A stretch of DNA of 64,000 nucleotides from Azolla caroliniana (taxonomy: Eukaryota; Plantae; Polypodiophyta). Where the stretch lies: contig JBHGNT010000004.1 of the NCBI GenBank assembly GCA_043228905.1, forward strand, positions 25,482,001 to 25,546,000, in the 5' to 3' direction. Position 1 is the stretch's first letter; each line of letters starts with the position of its first letter. The translations under genes and the position numbers were made by a program. This document shows positions 37,325-48,937 of the stretch, one piece after another. The notes below the pieces were generated by a model. That model saw nothing but the letters and a program-made list of their open reading frames with translations, was not told where the DNA came from and searched no databases.

Positions 37325-38863
37325 TCAATCGAACAAGCTGAATCCCATATCCTGAATATGAAAAAAGGAAAAACAACTGTTGGTTATCTTCATAAAAGGA
37401 AAGAAAGCAAACATTATTTACTCATTAAGGAAAAATCAAGTATATTGAGAAAATATTCCTAGATTATTTATGTATATATTGGAAAAGAGTAAATTAGGTG
37501 AAAGACCGCATTGACCATATTAATGTTTAAATATCACACACTATTTGTTCTTTCCAGATTCACAAGGAGGAATTGATGAAATGAAAAAAACTCTGAGTAG
37601 TATTTCTCTTCTTCACTACTTCCCTAAATTTTCTAGTTAAGAAATAAAGAATTGAAACAAACACAGAAAAAAAAAAAACTCATATGCCTGCTTCAAGACA
37701 AGAATAAATGCAGAGATAACCGAGGTGTATAATGACTTACATCATCAGACTCCTCTTCTGGTTCTTTCTTCTCTTCTTTCGGTTCTTCCTTGGCAGCAGC
37801 TGCAGGGGCAGCAGAACCACCACCACCAGTCGCAGCAGCAGCCACAACAACACCGCCACCACCTCCAGCAGGTACTGAGGCTAGCTTCTCCTTTCCTGAT
37901 GCAATCAGCTCAACGATATCTTTGCCTTTCAATTCACTCAGGAGCAATTCTATCCTGTCGTCATCAGCCTCAGCTCCAACTGCAAAGAATACACAAGGAT
38001 AAGAAAAAGAATATAGATACTTCCTTCATGATAGAGAACGTTACAATACTACACCATGCGTATGCTGCTCTGTGAACGTTAATTAATACAGCATTACATC
38101 ATCATACATATTCTTTCACACTAAAAAGGACAATTTATGTATGGTCGCTTCTTCAACGACATTGGGGTTTGAGGTACAATAACGTAGAGCAGACTGTAAG
38201 TAATTGAGATAACAACTTGCATCATAGGTAAACCTTGAATTTTTAGGGAAATGACACAGGATTATGGCAATGTGTTTAACGGTTCTCACTACCATAACTC
38301 GGTTGATCTAGGTAGAAAGAAAACTTCTAAGAAGATCCATTTTTATAGGTCATATGCAAACATTGTACACAATCCAACGCTAAAAGAGGGGGTTTCGCCA
38401 ATTAAAATCTTCCAATACATCAGAACAGATTGAATGTCTACAGCTCTCAGAAGCGACAAAAAATCTAGCCATCAAACAATGTCAGTAGATCAAAACAACA
38501 TAGAACAATAAACCAGCAGAGCCAACAAGCGTTCTAATATTTATTCTAATAAAGACGAAGACATAGCACAAAATCGAAGACGTATGTCTACAGAAAATAG
38601 TTTGAAAAAACCAAATTTTACAAGACTAGAATATGAACGCGCAGACAATGCATGAAGCAGACACATATACTTCCAAAATGGTCTCCAGAAAACGGATCTC
38701 TTTGATTAGATATTGAAACGAAAAGAAATCTAGGAGAAAGAATAGGTAGCTCGCTGTTGAGGATGATAAGAGTACCTGAAGAGAGAATGTTCTTGACATC
38801 AGAAGCAGACGGGGAGGCCTTGCCTCCGAGGAGAGCGAGTAGATACGCAGCGATCACCTTCAT
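37325..38863 (-). CDS. RPP2: 60S acidic ribosomal protein P2; exons 38863-38776, 37979-37741, 37351-37325 (117 aa)
   Basis: [10 protein letters not shown]...VGAE...GKEKLASVP, Ala/Gly hinge, and [15 protein letters not shown]-terminus. GT-AG introns in frame. Telo-box AAACCCTAA at ~38968. Confidence 0.95.
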
Positions 38864-39384
38864 ATTGTGGGAACCCTAAACCGCAGAGAAGCTCTGACAA
38901 CAAATAAGAAGGAGGAGAAGACGCCGAGAAGGAGAGAGAGAGAGAGAGATAGATCAGACGTAACCTAAACCCTAAAAATGTCCTGCAGGATTTGCGTTCA
39001 CACTTGGGCGCCCTAAATGGAGAGAAACGGACGGCCGGCCATTGTGACATTGCACAAAACCAGGTGAACAAAAACGAGAGGCCATTGAGCTAGATGGATA
39101 GATCTCAGTTGGTAAGGTTGACCAATGGAGACCTACTTAGGGTAAACTATTATTATGAAAAATAATAAGAATAATAAGCGAGTTCATTTGCTCGAATCCT
39201 CCTATATGTGTTCCCTCGTCAATGGCACTCATCTAGATTGCCCATGAAGCCCAACTGATTGGCAAGCTTTTGTTAAGAAAATAATAATAATATGCGAGAG
39301 CTCATTTGCTCGAATCGTCCCACATGTTGCTCTTTCTCCTGTATGTGTCCCTCGTCAATGGCACTCATCTAGCTACCTCAAGGT

Positions 39385-41170
39385 ATGATTGTGCCCTTGT
39401 TGTTAAGATTAAGGAATAAGCTAATATATTGGAATAAGGAGAAGTTGTCCTTAGCAAGACATCTAGTTGTTGCTAATTCGGTGCTTTTGTCCTCGATTTG
39501 GTATATAGCATCTACATGGCTGTTTTCTAGGTCAGTAATGCTTAAAGTTCAACGTCCAGTAAGTAATTTTATTTGGCGGAACACTATTTCAAACAATTAT
39601 GTAGCAAAGGTAGCTTGGTCGGTTCTTATACCGTCTAAACAGAAAGGAGGTCTAGGTTTGATTGATCCCTTCAAGCAAAGTAAAGCCTTACTTGCTAAAC
39701 ATGTTGTTAGGAGTTTATTCCAAGAGAGGAGTTATGGAAAAAGTTATGGATTTGGCACTTACATAAGGTTAAGCCATCAACAAGTGGTCAATGGAATGAT
39801 AGTTTTAGATGACTCTTTAATTCAAATTTTCTGTTACCTAAGTCCATTGTTGGGTCTTTAGGTTTCTTTAATGGATTTTTTCGGGCATAAGAAAGTTTTC
39901 GGCAAGCACTTGTTTTCCTGCCACCGAAAAGTTATCCTCAACTCATGCATCAACCGTTGATATGGAATCCTTTATTTACCGATGAAGCTGCATGTGTTTT
40001 GGGTCTACACCCTAGGTTATCTACAATGGACTGTGGTCCAACTCGTACGATTGTGGATTGGTTAAAGTTTTTGCAAACTTCAGCGCAGGACCAAAGGAAT
40101 ATGTTGTCTAATTTAAGAGGGGAAAAGATAATGTTCTCTCAATAGTCCATGGTGCATCAGGTCACAGTGCCAACTTAGCAGTACGATCATTTTCAGAGTT
40201 GGTACAGTATGTTTTTCGACACTCAATATACTTATAGGAGCTCGTTTATATCATCAAAATGGTAGGTTGATACTAGTGGAGGAGGAGTCTCCAATTATGT
40301 CCGCTGCAAAGCATTTGCCAGTGTGAGTAATTGCTAGATTAGATAAAAAAATATTTATCGATCCTAATCCATTAATTACTAACTACTCTCCTCGGGTTTG
40401 GATTTTACACTCTAGGCCAATTGCTGATCTACAGTGGGATCCATCTTATTATGGTGGGAAGTTGTCCATGTTTGACACTTCACACACTAAGGTCCTTCCA
40501 TTCTTCACATATTCGGTGGCCTTTGGTAAAAACTTTATGTTGAATCAGATTGAGTCAGTACCTACTAGAAAAAAATATTGGGAGGAAGGTAATGTGTCAT
40601 CTTATCACATGGTGATGTTTTGGAAATAATTTTGGTCAATTACGTGTATGAACAAGATATTGCATTTTCAATGGTTGATGATTCATTAGGCATTGCCAAT
40701 AGGAGAATTACTGAGAAGATCAGTGCCTGATCGATCATGTGTTATGTGTGGGTCTACATCTGAGACATTGCATCATGTATTTTGGGAATGTGTTGCTGCT
40801 AAATGTTTTTGGTTTCAAATTCTTAGGTTTCTAGGTCGTAAATATACGACAGCTATTTTCACATGGGGTGCAGTCATCTAGGGAATGTTGGATCAACAAA
40901 TGGCCTTTTATCATTGTCATTATTCTTCCTTCACTTTACATGTGAGAAGTTTTCAAGTATACTCTACTTCAAGTTCCTTGCAAGGAATCAAGTTCTTCTC
41001 GCGAAGTTATGTTTGGCAGATTGTCTCCACTTTGGCTTTGTGGGTTCTTTAGAAAGTTAGGTGTTCCAACCTATACAATGATGAAAACACTCATGTTGTG
41101 GATCAAGTTAAGTCTTTTTGGGACTTATTGGTAGATACAGTTAAAGGTGATTATGATAGTTATAAGGGTG
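39385..41170 (+). mobile_element. L1-type LINE ORF2, 3' part, decayed
   Basis: LSLARHLVVANSVL, KVAWSVL..KQKGGLGL, and zf-RVT CVMCGSTSETLHHVFWEC. Confidence 0.85.
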
Positions 41171-41614
41171 TTAATGTGTGGGGGGTGGAACCAAGAACAA
41201 CTCCACCTCCCTCCCAAGGGGGGTTACGTGTGAGGGAGAAAGAGAGAGAAGGAGAGAGAAACAAAAAATGTCACAAAATGTGAGAGGGAAAAATTGTAGG
41301 GAGTTGCATTACTTACCCAAAACCAAGAATGAGACAAGTAGGGAGTTACATTGCTTACCCACTCTCTAACCTTTGTACACATGCACACAAATGCACATGT
41401 GTTCATACGTATACTCATCCTCACACGTTCATATGCATTACACATACATAACAACCACTTTATAGTGTTCTACCCTTGTACCGCCCCCTACACTCATACG
41501 GGCAACAAAGGGTTATGGAAACGCAGGTGATTGGAAAAGAACGAGAATTCGACAAGACTGGTCATCTATTCCTATCGTGTTGGATGCAAGCGTTGATGAT
41601 AAGTGGAACTACGT

Positions 41615-44600
41615 TGTCGAGGTACTCCTCGCGGATGCGTGGAATGAGGCGGGACCTCGGGGGTCTTGTACCGAAGAGCAAGAGAGACAGGAGAAGGGAG
41701 GGGACCTACTACGTGCGAGCGTAGATTCATAGGGACACGGCCCTTCGACACAAAGACGCGAGTGGGACACCGACACAGAGAGACGCGAATGTATGTAAAT
41801 ATATATATTGACAAGACAAACAACAAGAAGCACGAAGTCGGTTACAACCGAACAGGCCGGCGAACAGATGTCGATGCCTATTCGTAAACGCACAGAAAGA
41901 AAGGAGTAGGTTGGAGGTGCTGCCGGAAGCACTCGAGCATTCCTCAGAGCAGCGCAAGCCTCCCGAAACCTGCACAGAAAGAAGCTACGGAGTTTGGGAG
42001 AGAGAGAGAAGCCTTCGGCCCACAAACCGACAACACTTCGTCCTCCTCTATCCGCGATCCCTTCCCCCTCCTCGTCTCCCTCCTTTTATAGGCAAGGAAG
42101 GAGTCGTTTCCCATTAACTTCCTACCTACCGAATCTACCTACCTAGGATCTTCTATGTACCTAATTCTCTCTTATGTACAATATAAGGCGTACGTGCATG
42201 AAGAGCCGGTTCCTACGCTCCGGTGTACCGATTCCGCTTTTGGACGGTTTTCTTCACAACATCCGCCCCCACCTAACCGCGCATCCTCCGGCATGCGCCA
42301 AATTGAGTCGGGATGGAGAAAACCGGTCCAGCCTTCATTCCTCGCCCGTCGGTTCTTCCTCGGTTTCGGATCGTTCGTCGTCGCGGTCCAGGTTAACCGT
42401 ATCCGGCTCGTCGTCGTGACGCTTTTTGAACGCTTTAATCCGCTTCCCAGCTACCGGTATCGCCATTCTCGTGCCGTCGAGTTCCGCCAGATGGTACGTC
42501 CCATTGTCGTTGGCGCTTTGTACCACGTAAGGTCCGAACCACCTTCTTGCGAACTTTCGTGTCGCTCGGTGCTGGTTGTCGAGGCTGATGTCGTAGACTA
42601 GCACCCAGTCGCCTTCCTCGATCTTCTTCAGTCGGAGCCGGTGCGTTCGGTCGAACCGGGCTTTGTTCCTCGTCCTTGCCACCCGAAGCTTTCCCGTGGC
42701 CTGCTCCACGTCCTCCGGTCTTCGCTCGAGCTGTCGTATGCGCGCCGCCAACAGTTCCTCCCAGCTCATCTCGTCTCTCCAGTCCACGGTTGCCCATGAG
42801 GAGATCGTACGTTCCATCGGCATGATCAGCTTCTGCCCAAACATGAGCTCTGTCGGCATGAATCCGGTTACCGAACTGTGCGTAGTTCGGTCTGCCCACA
42901 ACGCGTAAGGCAGTAGCCGCGACCAGTTCCCGACTTGACCCCCGCATGCCCGAACTAACGCCTTGACGATCGGTTCGTGTCCGCGCTCCACCTTCCCATT
43001 CGCCTCCGGATTGTACGCAGTGGTAAGCGAGAGCTTGACTCCTAGCCGGTCGAATAGCTCCTCGGCCTCTTCGGCATCCAACTCCCCGCGATCAGCCACG
43101 ATCTTCCCGACGCACCCGTACCGGCATATCACGTCCTCGATCAGGAACCGACATACGGCCGCGGTCGTTTTGTTCTGAAGGGCTCGGCCTTCCACTTGGT
43201 TCGTCAGATCTTCCCGAGCCAGGACCAGATACCGCATCTGTCCTACTCCCATCGACATCGTCACCAGATCTACCATCCATTTGAAGTGGATGGTCGGAGG
43301 GTACGTAGGGTGAAGCTCGTCCCGATGTCGGACTACGGAGTGCATCTGGCAGCTCTCGCAAGTTGTCACGAACCGATGCACGTCCCGGTACAGTCCCGGC
43401 CACCAGTACTTCCCCTTTATCTTCTCGAACGTGGCCCACGTTCCACGGTGTCCAGCCCAAGGGCTGTCGTGGTAGGCCGTCAACAGCTCCTCCTATTCTT
43501 CCTTCATCGCCACCACCCGGAGCGGGGCGTCGTTCCTCTTCTTCGGGTGCTTCCATAAGTATGCATCCCGGAGAAAGAATCGGTATGCTTTCTTCCGGAT
43601 CCGGTTGGTCTCGTCCCTCGTCCATGACGCATCCGGCGTCATTGTCTTCAAGAAACCACCGATCTGTAGCCACTCGCCGTCGTACTTGCTCTCGTCGAAG
43701 CCGTTAAGTGTCGGAGTGCCCGTCCCATCGGTCGTCACGTACACTGCCTCGAAGAAGTCCACGCCGACTTCTTCGTCCTCCGAAACCATGCCGCCCTCGT
43801 CATCAAACCTCGCCCTCGAAAGCATGTCGGCCATGCCGTTGTCCTTTCCGGAAATGTGTCGTATTTCCGGGTCCAGGGACTTGATGTACGCTATCCACCT
43901 GAGCATCGCCAGGTCCGGTGTCGCGCACCCGGAAACCATGCCGAGAATTGGCAGGCAATCCGTCTCGATAATCACTTCCGTCCTGATCAGGTAGTCTTTG
44001 TCGGCCTTTACTGCCGAAACGATACCCCAGAGTTCGCGTTTAACCTGGGCGTACCCTCGTTGTCGCTCACTGAGGACCTTCGCACCGAATCGGATCGGGA
44101 ACCGAACGTCGTCCTCGTCTTCTTGGTTGACGACCCATCTGATCCCGGTCGGACTCATATCCACCGTTATGTATACCGGGGTAGCCTTCCCGTAGACAGC
44201 CTTCCGGAGCGCCGGTGCTTCCGCAAGAGCTCCCTTCAGCTTCCGAACCGACTCCGTGTGCTCGTCTCGCCACTCGAATTTTCGCCCCTTCTTCAGCAAC
44301 CCGTATAGCGGCTCCGCAACGTGGGCGTAATGCGGGATCCATATGTGGTAGAATGCGCATGCCCCCAGGAACCTTCGAACTTCCGTAACCGAGCTACAGT
44401 CAGTCTTCATCGCGGAGATGGCTTCTACTTTTGCCGGAGACGGTTGCCGGCCATACGGTCCACATAGGTGTCCGACCACCAGGATTTCTGATTGCCCGAA
44501 GGCCGATTTCTCCCCGGAGAAGGTGAGCCTCGCATCCTCTAGCCTTTATAGCACCTTCTCGCAATCGTCGATGTGTGTTGCCACGAATTGCTGGCATCCG

Positions 44601-47600
44601 TCCGGCCCGAGTGTCTCGTCCTTCTCTTCCACCGGGCACCCCTTGATCGGGATGTCGTCTAGAAACGGCATGGTGATGTCCGGGATGCAATCCCTCAGTA
44701 CCTTGTTCATTGCATTCACCATGTGGGCCACCGAGTTGGTCCCTCCTTGTGGTAGGGTACACATTCGCACTAGGCCGAGGGGAGTTCGCATCATCGTAAT
44801 GTCTCTGCTCTCCACGGCTAGCTAGAACTTGTCGTACCCCGAGTACAGATCACCGACCGAGTAAATCGACCTTCCGGCGAAGGCCTCCGCGAACTCGTCT
44901 ATGGTCGGTCCGATTCCTACGTTCCGAATGGTCACTCGGTTGACCGGCTGCAGGTCTTGAATGAAGCGCAATGTTCCGTTTTTCTTCGGTACGGTAAACC
45001 ATCGGTTCGAGTATGGGGCATTTGACGGTTCGAGAATGCCCATATCAACTTTCTGCCTCAATAGCTCCATCAACTTCGAGATGTGAGCTCTCGGTACTGG
45101 AATCGGCTTGAGATTCCACGGTACATGCGGTACCATGAATATCACCATCGGCTCCACGATTGTCCGGGTCTACGCACCCGATCTCTTCCGGTGAGAATGC
45201 GAAGGCTTTCCCGTGCCTTCCGAGCATTCTCCGAAACCGGTCTTCCTCCGCCGGCAGTAGGAACCCGCCCCCACCGATTTTGAGCTCCAGGAGCGTCCCG
45301 TCGGTGAAGGTGTGACCTATGCAGACCGGAACTCGTAAATTGGGGTCCGATGCAACCCCTCTGATTCGGGATTCGCTGCCCTCCGGTAAGGGTGCCGCGA
45401 CTGGCCTTACCTTCCGGTCCACAGTCTTGTACTTCATGCTAACTCGGGCCGTCTGATCCGGCTCGAGCCCTTGATTGAAGTTCGCGATGACTTCGTACAT
45501 CTCTTCGGAACATACCGGTATCGTCCGGTCTTCGATAAGGTCTTCCCCGACTACCTTCCTCAGCATCCCCAAGGTGTCGTCGAAGGAGACCGCCTCCACG
45601 GCTCCGCTGATTTCCTCGTCCGGGCTGAGGACTCCGCACGCTCGAAGTCGCTCCTCCGCCCTTGCCCTTTCTCGGCCAGCGATGCCGACTATCATACACC
45701 CTCCGTCGTTGGAGAAGCAAAATTTTCTACCTATCGTACAAGGATTCTTCGGTTTCGGTTCTATCGTACAGCTGTGGGGTCTTTCCCGAGTGTCCGGACT
45801 GTCTCGGCCCCACGCCTCGGCAGCCCTCTCAAAAAATCCTCCCGGTTCTCGCCACCGAGGGATTCGCGTTTTCGCTCGTGGTTCGGCCGCACCGTCAGAA
45901 ATTGGACCGAATGGCGCCCGTCCTGGCTTTTGACCCTCGCGTAGGCCGAACCGTTGTCCTGCACTTTGGTCTCCATTCTCGCCGCCGTGATGTATGGTTC
46001 CCCTAAAATGACCGGATGCGAGGACTTCTCCTGTACGAAGAAGTGCTGATCAATCTTGACGTCGCCGATCTTGACTCGCACATTCAGTCCTTCCGAATGT
46101 GGCCGACCTCGTCGCACCACATGCACCTGTTCCCTGCTGCCGGCCGTCGGTCACGAGCCGGTTCGCCACCTTCCCTTCGAGTCTAGGCGATCTGGAGATA
46201 CTTTATCGCCCGCATCAACTCCTCCAGCGCTGCTCCTCCGGACGAGCCATTGACCATGCCGGTCGAAGCCGGACCGGTTTCGAGCCATTCCCGGGTTTCT
46301 TCCCTTCGCCCTTGCGGTGCCGGTTCAAGCCTCCTTGTTGTGATAGAGCCCGCACCGGCCGCCCCGTTGTCAGCCCATTCTCGCCGTTTGTCGAAACGAC
46401 CACAGACTCTCTTAACCGCAACCCAGTCGGTCGTCAGCCCGTCTTCGGTTTCCAGCAAGGAGCCGACTTGATCCCGGTCCCGCTCGTCCACCGACTTGAC
46501 GAACAGTAGGACCCGGCTCGTATCCAGAACGGTTCGGTCAAGCGCCGAAAGGCGCGCAAAGCGTTCTTCGAACTCCCGGAGGAGTGCCGACGCGTTTCTT
46601 CCCTTGCCGGGGGACTCCACCCATTCCATGAAGTCTCGTTTCGAAAGCCGGAGCGCGTCGTCCAGCCCGTATTTTTCTAGGAGTCGGCCTTCGAACTCCT
46701 CCCAGGTACGGCTCTCCGCCCGCACCTCGAGCACCTCCGCATGGATGCTCGGCATCGCCACTCGAGGAAACCCGGCAAGACGCCTCTCTTCCGGAATGTC
46801 CCGCATCAGCATTTCTGCCCCGTAGGACGCCAAATACTTCATGGCATCCTTTCCGCTGAACCGGCCGATCGTACCGACGACCACCTCAATGGCTCTGTCG
46901 AGGGCGCTGGTGCCCTCGCGTGCGCTCAATATCCGATCCACGGCCGAAGCCATGGCCTCCGCAAGATCCGACCCCTTCATCTTCTGCTCTTCTGCCGCCT
47001 CCTTCACGTCGGGTTCACCAAGATGTCGAGGTACTCCTCGCGGATGCGTGGAATGAGGCGGGACCTCGAGGGTCTTGTACCGAAGAGCCAGAGAGAAAGG
47101 AGAAGGGAGGGGACCCACTACGTGCGAGCGTAGATTCACAGGGACACGGCCCTTCAACACAAAGACGCGAGTGGGACACTGACACAGAGAGACACGAATG
47201 TATGTAAATATATATATTAACAAGACAAACAACAAGAAGCACGAAGTCGGTTACAACCGAACAGGCCGGCGAACAGATGCTGATGCCTGTTCGTAAACGC
47301 ACAGAAAGAAAGGAGTAGGTTGGAGGTGATGCCGGAAGCACTCGGGCATTCCTCAAAGCAGCGCAAGCCTCCCGAAACCTGCACAGAAAGAAGCTACGGA
47401 GTTTGGGAGAGAGAGAGAAGCCTTCGGCCCACAAACCGACAGCACTTCGTCCTCCTCTATCCGCGATCCCTTCCCCCTCCTCGTCTCCCTCCTTTTATAG
47501 GCAAGGAAGGAGCCGTTTCCCATTAACTTCCTACCTACCGAATCCACCTACCTAGGATCTTCTATGTACCTAATTCTCTCTTATGTACAATATAAGGCGT

Positions 47601-47670
47601 ACGTGCATGAAGAGCCGGTTCCTACGCTTCGGTGTACCAATTCCGCTTGTGGACGGTTTTCTTCACGACA
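41615..47670 (-). mobile_element. Ty3/gypsy LTR retrotransposon 2 (both LTRs present, ~1-kb internal deletion)
   Basis: 647-bp LTRs at 47024-47670 (5') and 41615-42261 (3'). PBS TGGTGAACCCGACGTGAA (47003-47020, tRNA-Trp); PPT 42262-42275; ACGT on both flanks. gag ~46183-46982, pol ~42335-46085. Confidence 0.95.
42335..46982 (-). pseudogene. gag-pol of gypsy 2 (stops, frameshifts, deletion at ~46086)
   Basis: RT LPQGGTNSV and FLDDIP; RH ETDCLP; INT HH-CC plus DDE and WFGPY. Highly similar to gypsy 1. Confidence 0.92.
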
Positions 47671-47759
47671 ACGTTCCACCTCGTTCGTTGTTCCTGCCAC
47701 TGGCGCCATTCTTAGTGCAAACAACATGAGTTAAGATGGAGGAGGTGGTTGCGGCATAT

Positions 47760-48610
47760 TGGAATGGTCTATTGATGTAAGACGGATTTTGGTGGTAATC
47801 TCTGAGATGGTTGATGTGGACAATGAAGCATATTCTCTATTTTCGACAAGGATGAGTGATGATGTTGTCGGAGGATGAAACATATTTTCACGACTCATGT
47901 TGTTTTCGTAGGTACGAGATTTTGGTGATAATCGGCAACAACGAGATGGTTGATGTGGACTTGAGGAAGCAAATTTTCTGTTTTTGATCAGGATGAGTGG
48001 TGATGGTGTGGGGGGTGAAAATTATTATCATGAGGAGGTGAGGAATCATTTTTTAGACTCATTTTGTTGTTGCATGTACAAGATTTTGGTGGTAATTGGT
48101 GAGATGATCAACGAGATGGTCGATATGGATTGAATAAAACAGATTTTATGTTTCTCATAAGGATGGTTGATGATGGTGTCTAGGATTGAAACATATTTCC
48201 ACGAGGAGAGGTAGAGAGGATTCTCATTTTATTTTTGTAGGTAAAAGATTTTAGTGATAATTGGCGAGAGCGAGACGGTTGATGTGGACAGAATGAAGCA
48301 AATCATCTATTTTTTATCAGGATGTGTGATGATGGTGTGGGGGCCAGAGCATATCATGAGGAGATGAGGAAACTTTTTAGAGTCATTTTGTTGTTGTTTG
48401 TACAGGACTTTGGTGGTAATCGGCGAGATGGTGGATGTGGACTGAATGAAGCATTTTTATTTATTTATTTGTTTGTTTATAAGGATGAGTGAAGATAGTG
48501 TGAGGTTTGAAGCATATATTCATGAGGAGATGATGACACTATACTCGTTTTGTTGTTATAGGTACATGATTTTGGTGGTAACCACCGAGATGGCTGATGT
48601 GTAAACATGA
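47760..48610 (+). repeat. Tandem array of ~6 diverged 140-170-bp units (GAGATGGTTGATGTGGA...GGATGAGTGATGATGGTGT...GATTTTGGTGGTAA)
   Basis: Core recurs near 47803, 47944, 48113, 48272, 48425 and 48588. Confidence 0.85.
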
Positions 48611-48937
48611 AGAATACTTATTGAGGTTGTGATAAAGCTGAGTGTTGATGGCATGAAGGTTTCTTCCCGATGGTCGTGGAGATGAAGGAGATGGTTGGTT
48701 TCAACATGGGAGAGGATAGTTGTGGGCTAACCAAGGCGACCCACTGCGTTTTATTACAAGGTGGAGAATAGGTTAAAGGAAAACAAAGGAAAATTGTTCT
48801 CATCAGGGAATTGGAGGACATGGTCACATTCTAACGGAGGACAAAGTTCTATGTTCATTACATGTACGATGTCTCATGTCATTCCTTTTTTGTCTTTCAC
48901 TACCCTTAGTTGTGGTTTTCAGAGGTCATCATGGTGA

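Larger units (their letters stand above)
41175..47726 (+). repeat. Probable solo-LTR-like repeat (~490 bp net) interrupted by gypsy 2
   Basis: Starts TGTGTGGGGGGTGGAACC and resumes after 47674 to ...AAACAACA. Its 5' part is homologous to the reverse complement of ~50740-50880. No TSD found. Confidence 0.45.

Noticed and set aside
39088-39135. tRNA/SINE-like A-box (tagatctcagttggtaag); B-box-like piece at ~35320-35340
   Set aside because: No cloverleaf or paired A and B boxes; too degenerate to call.
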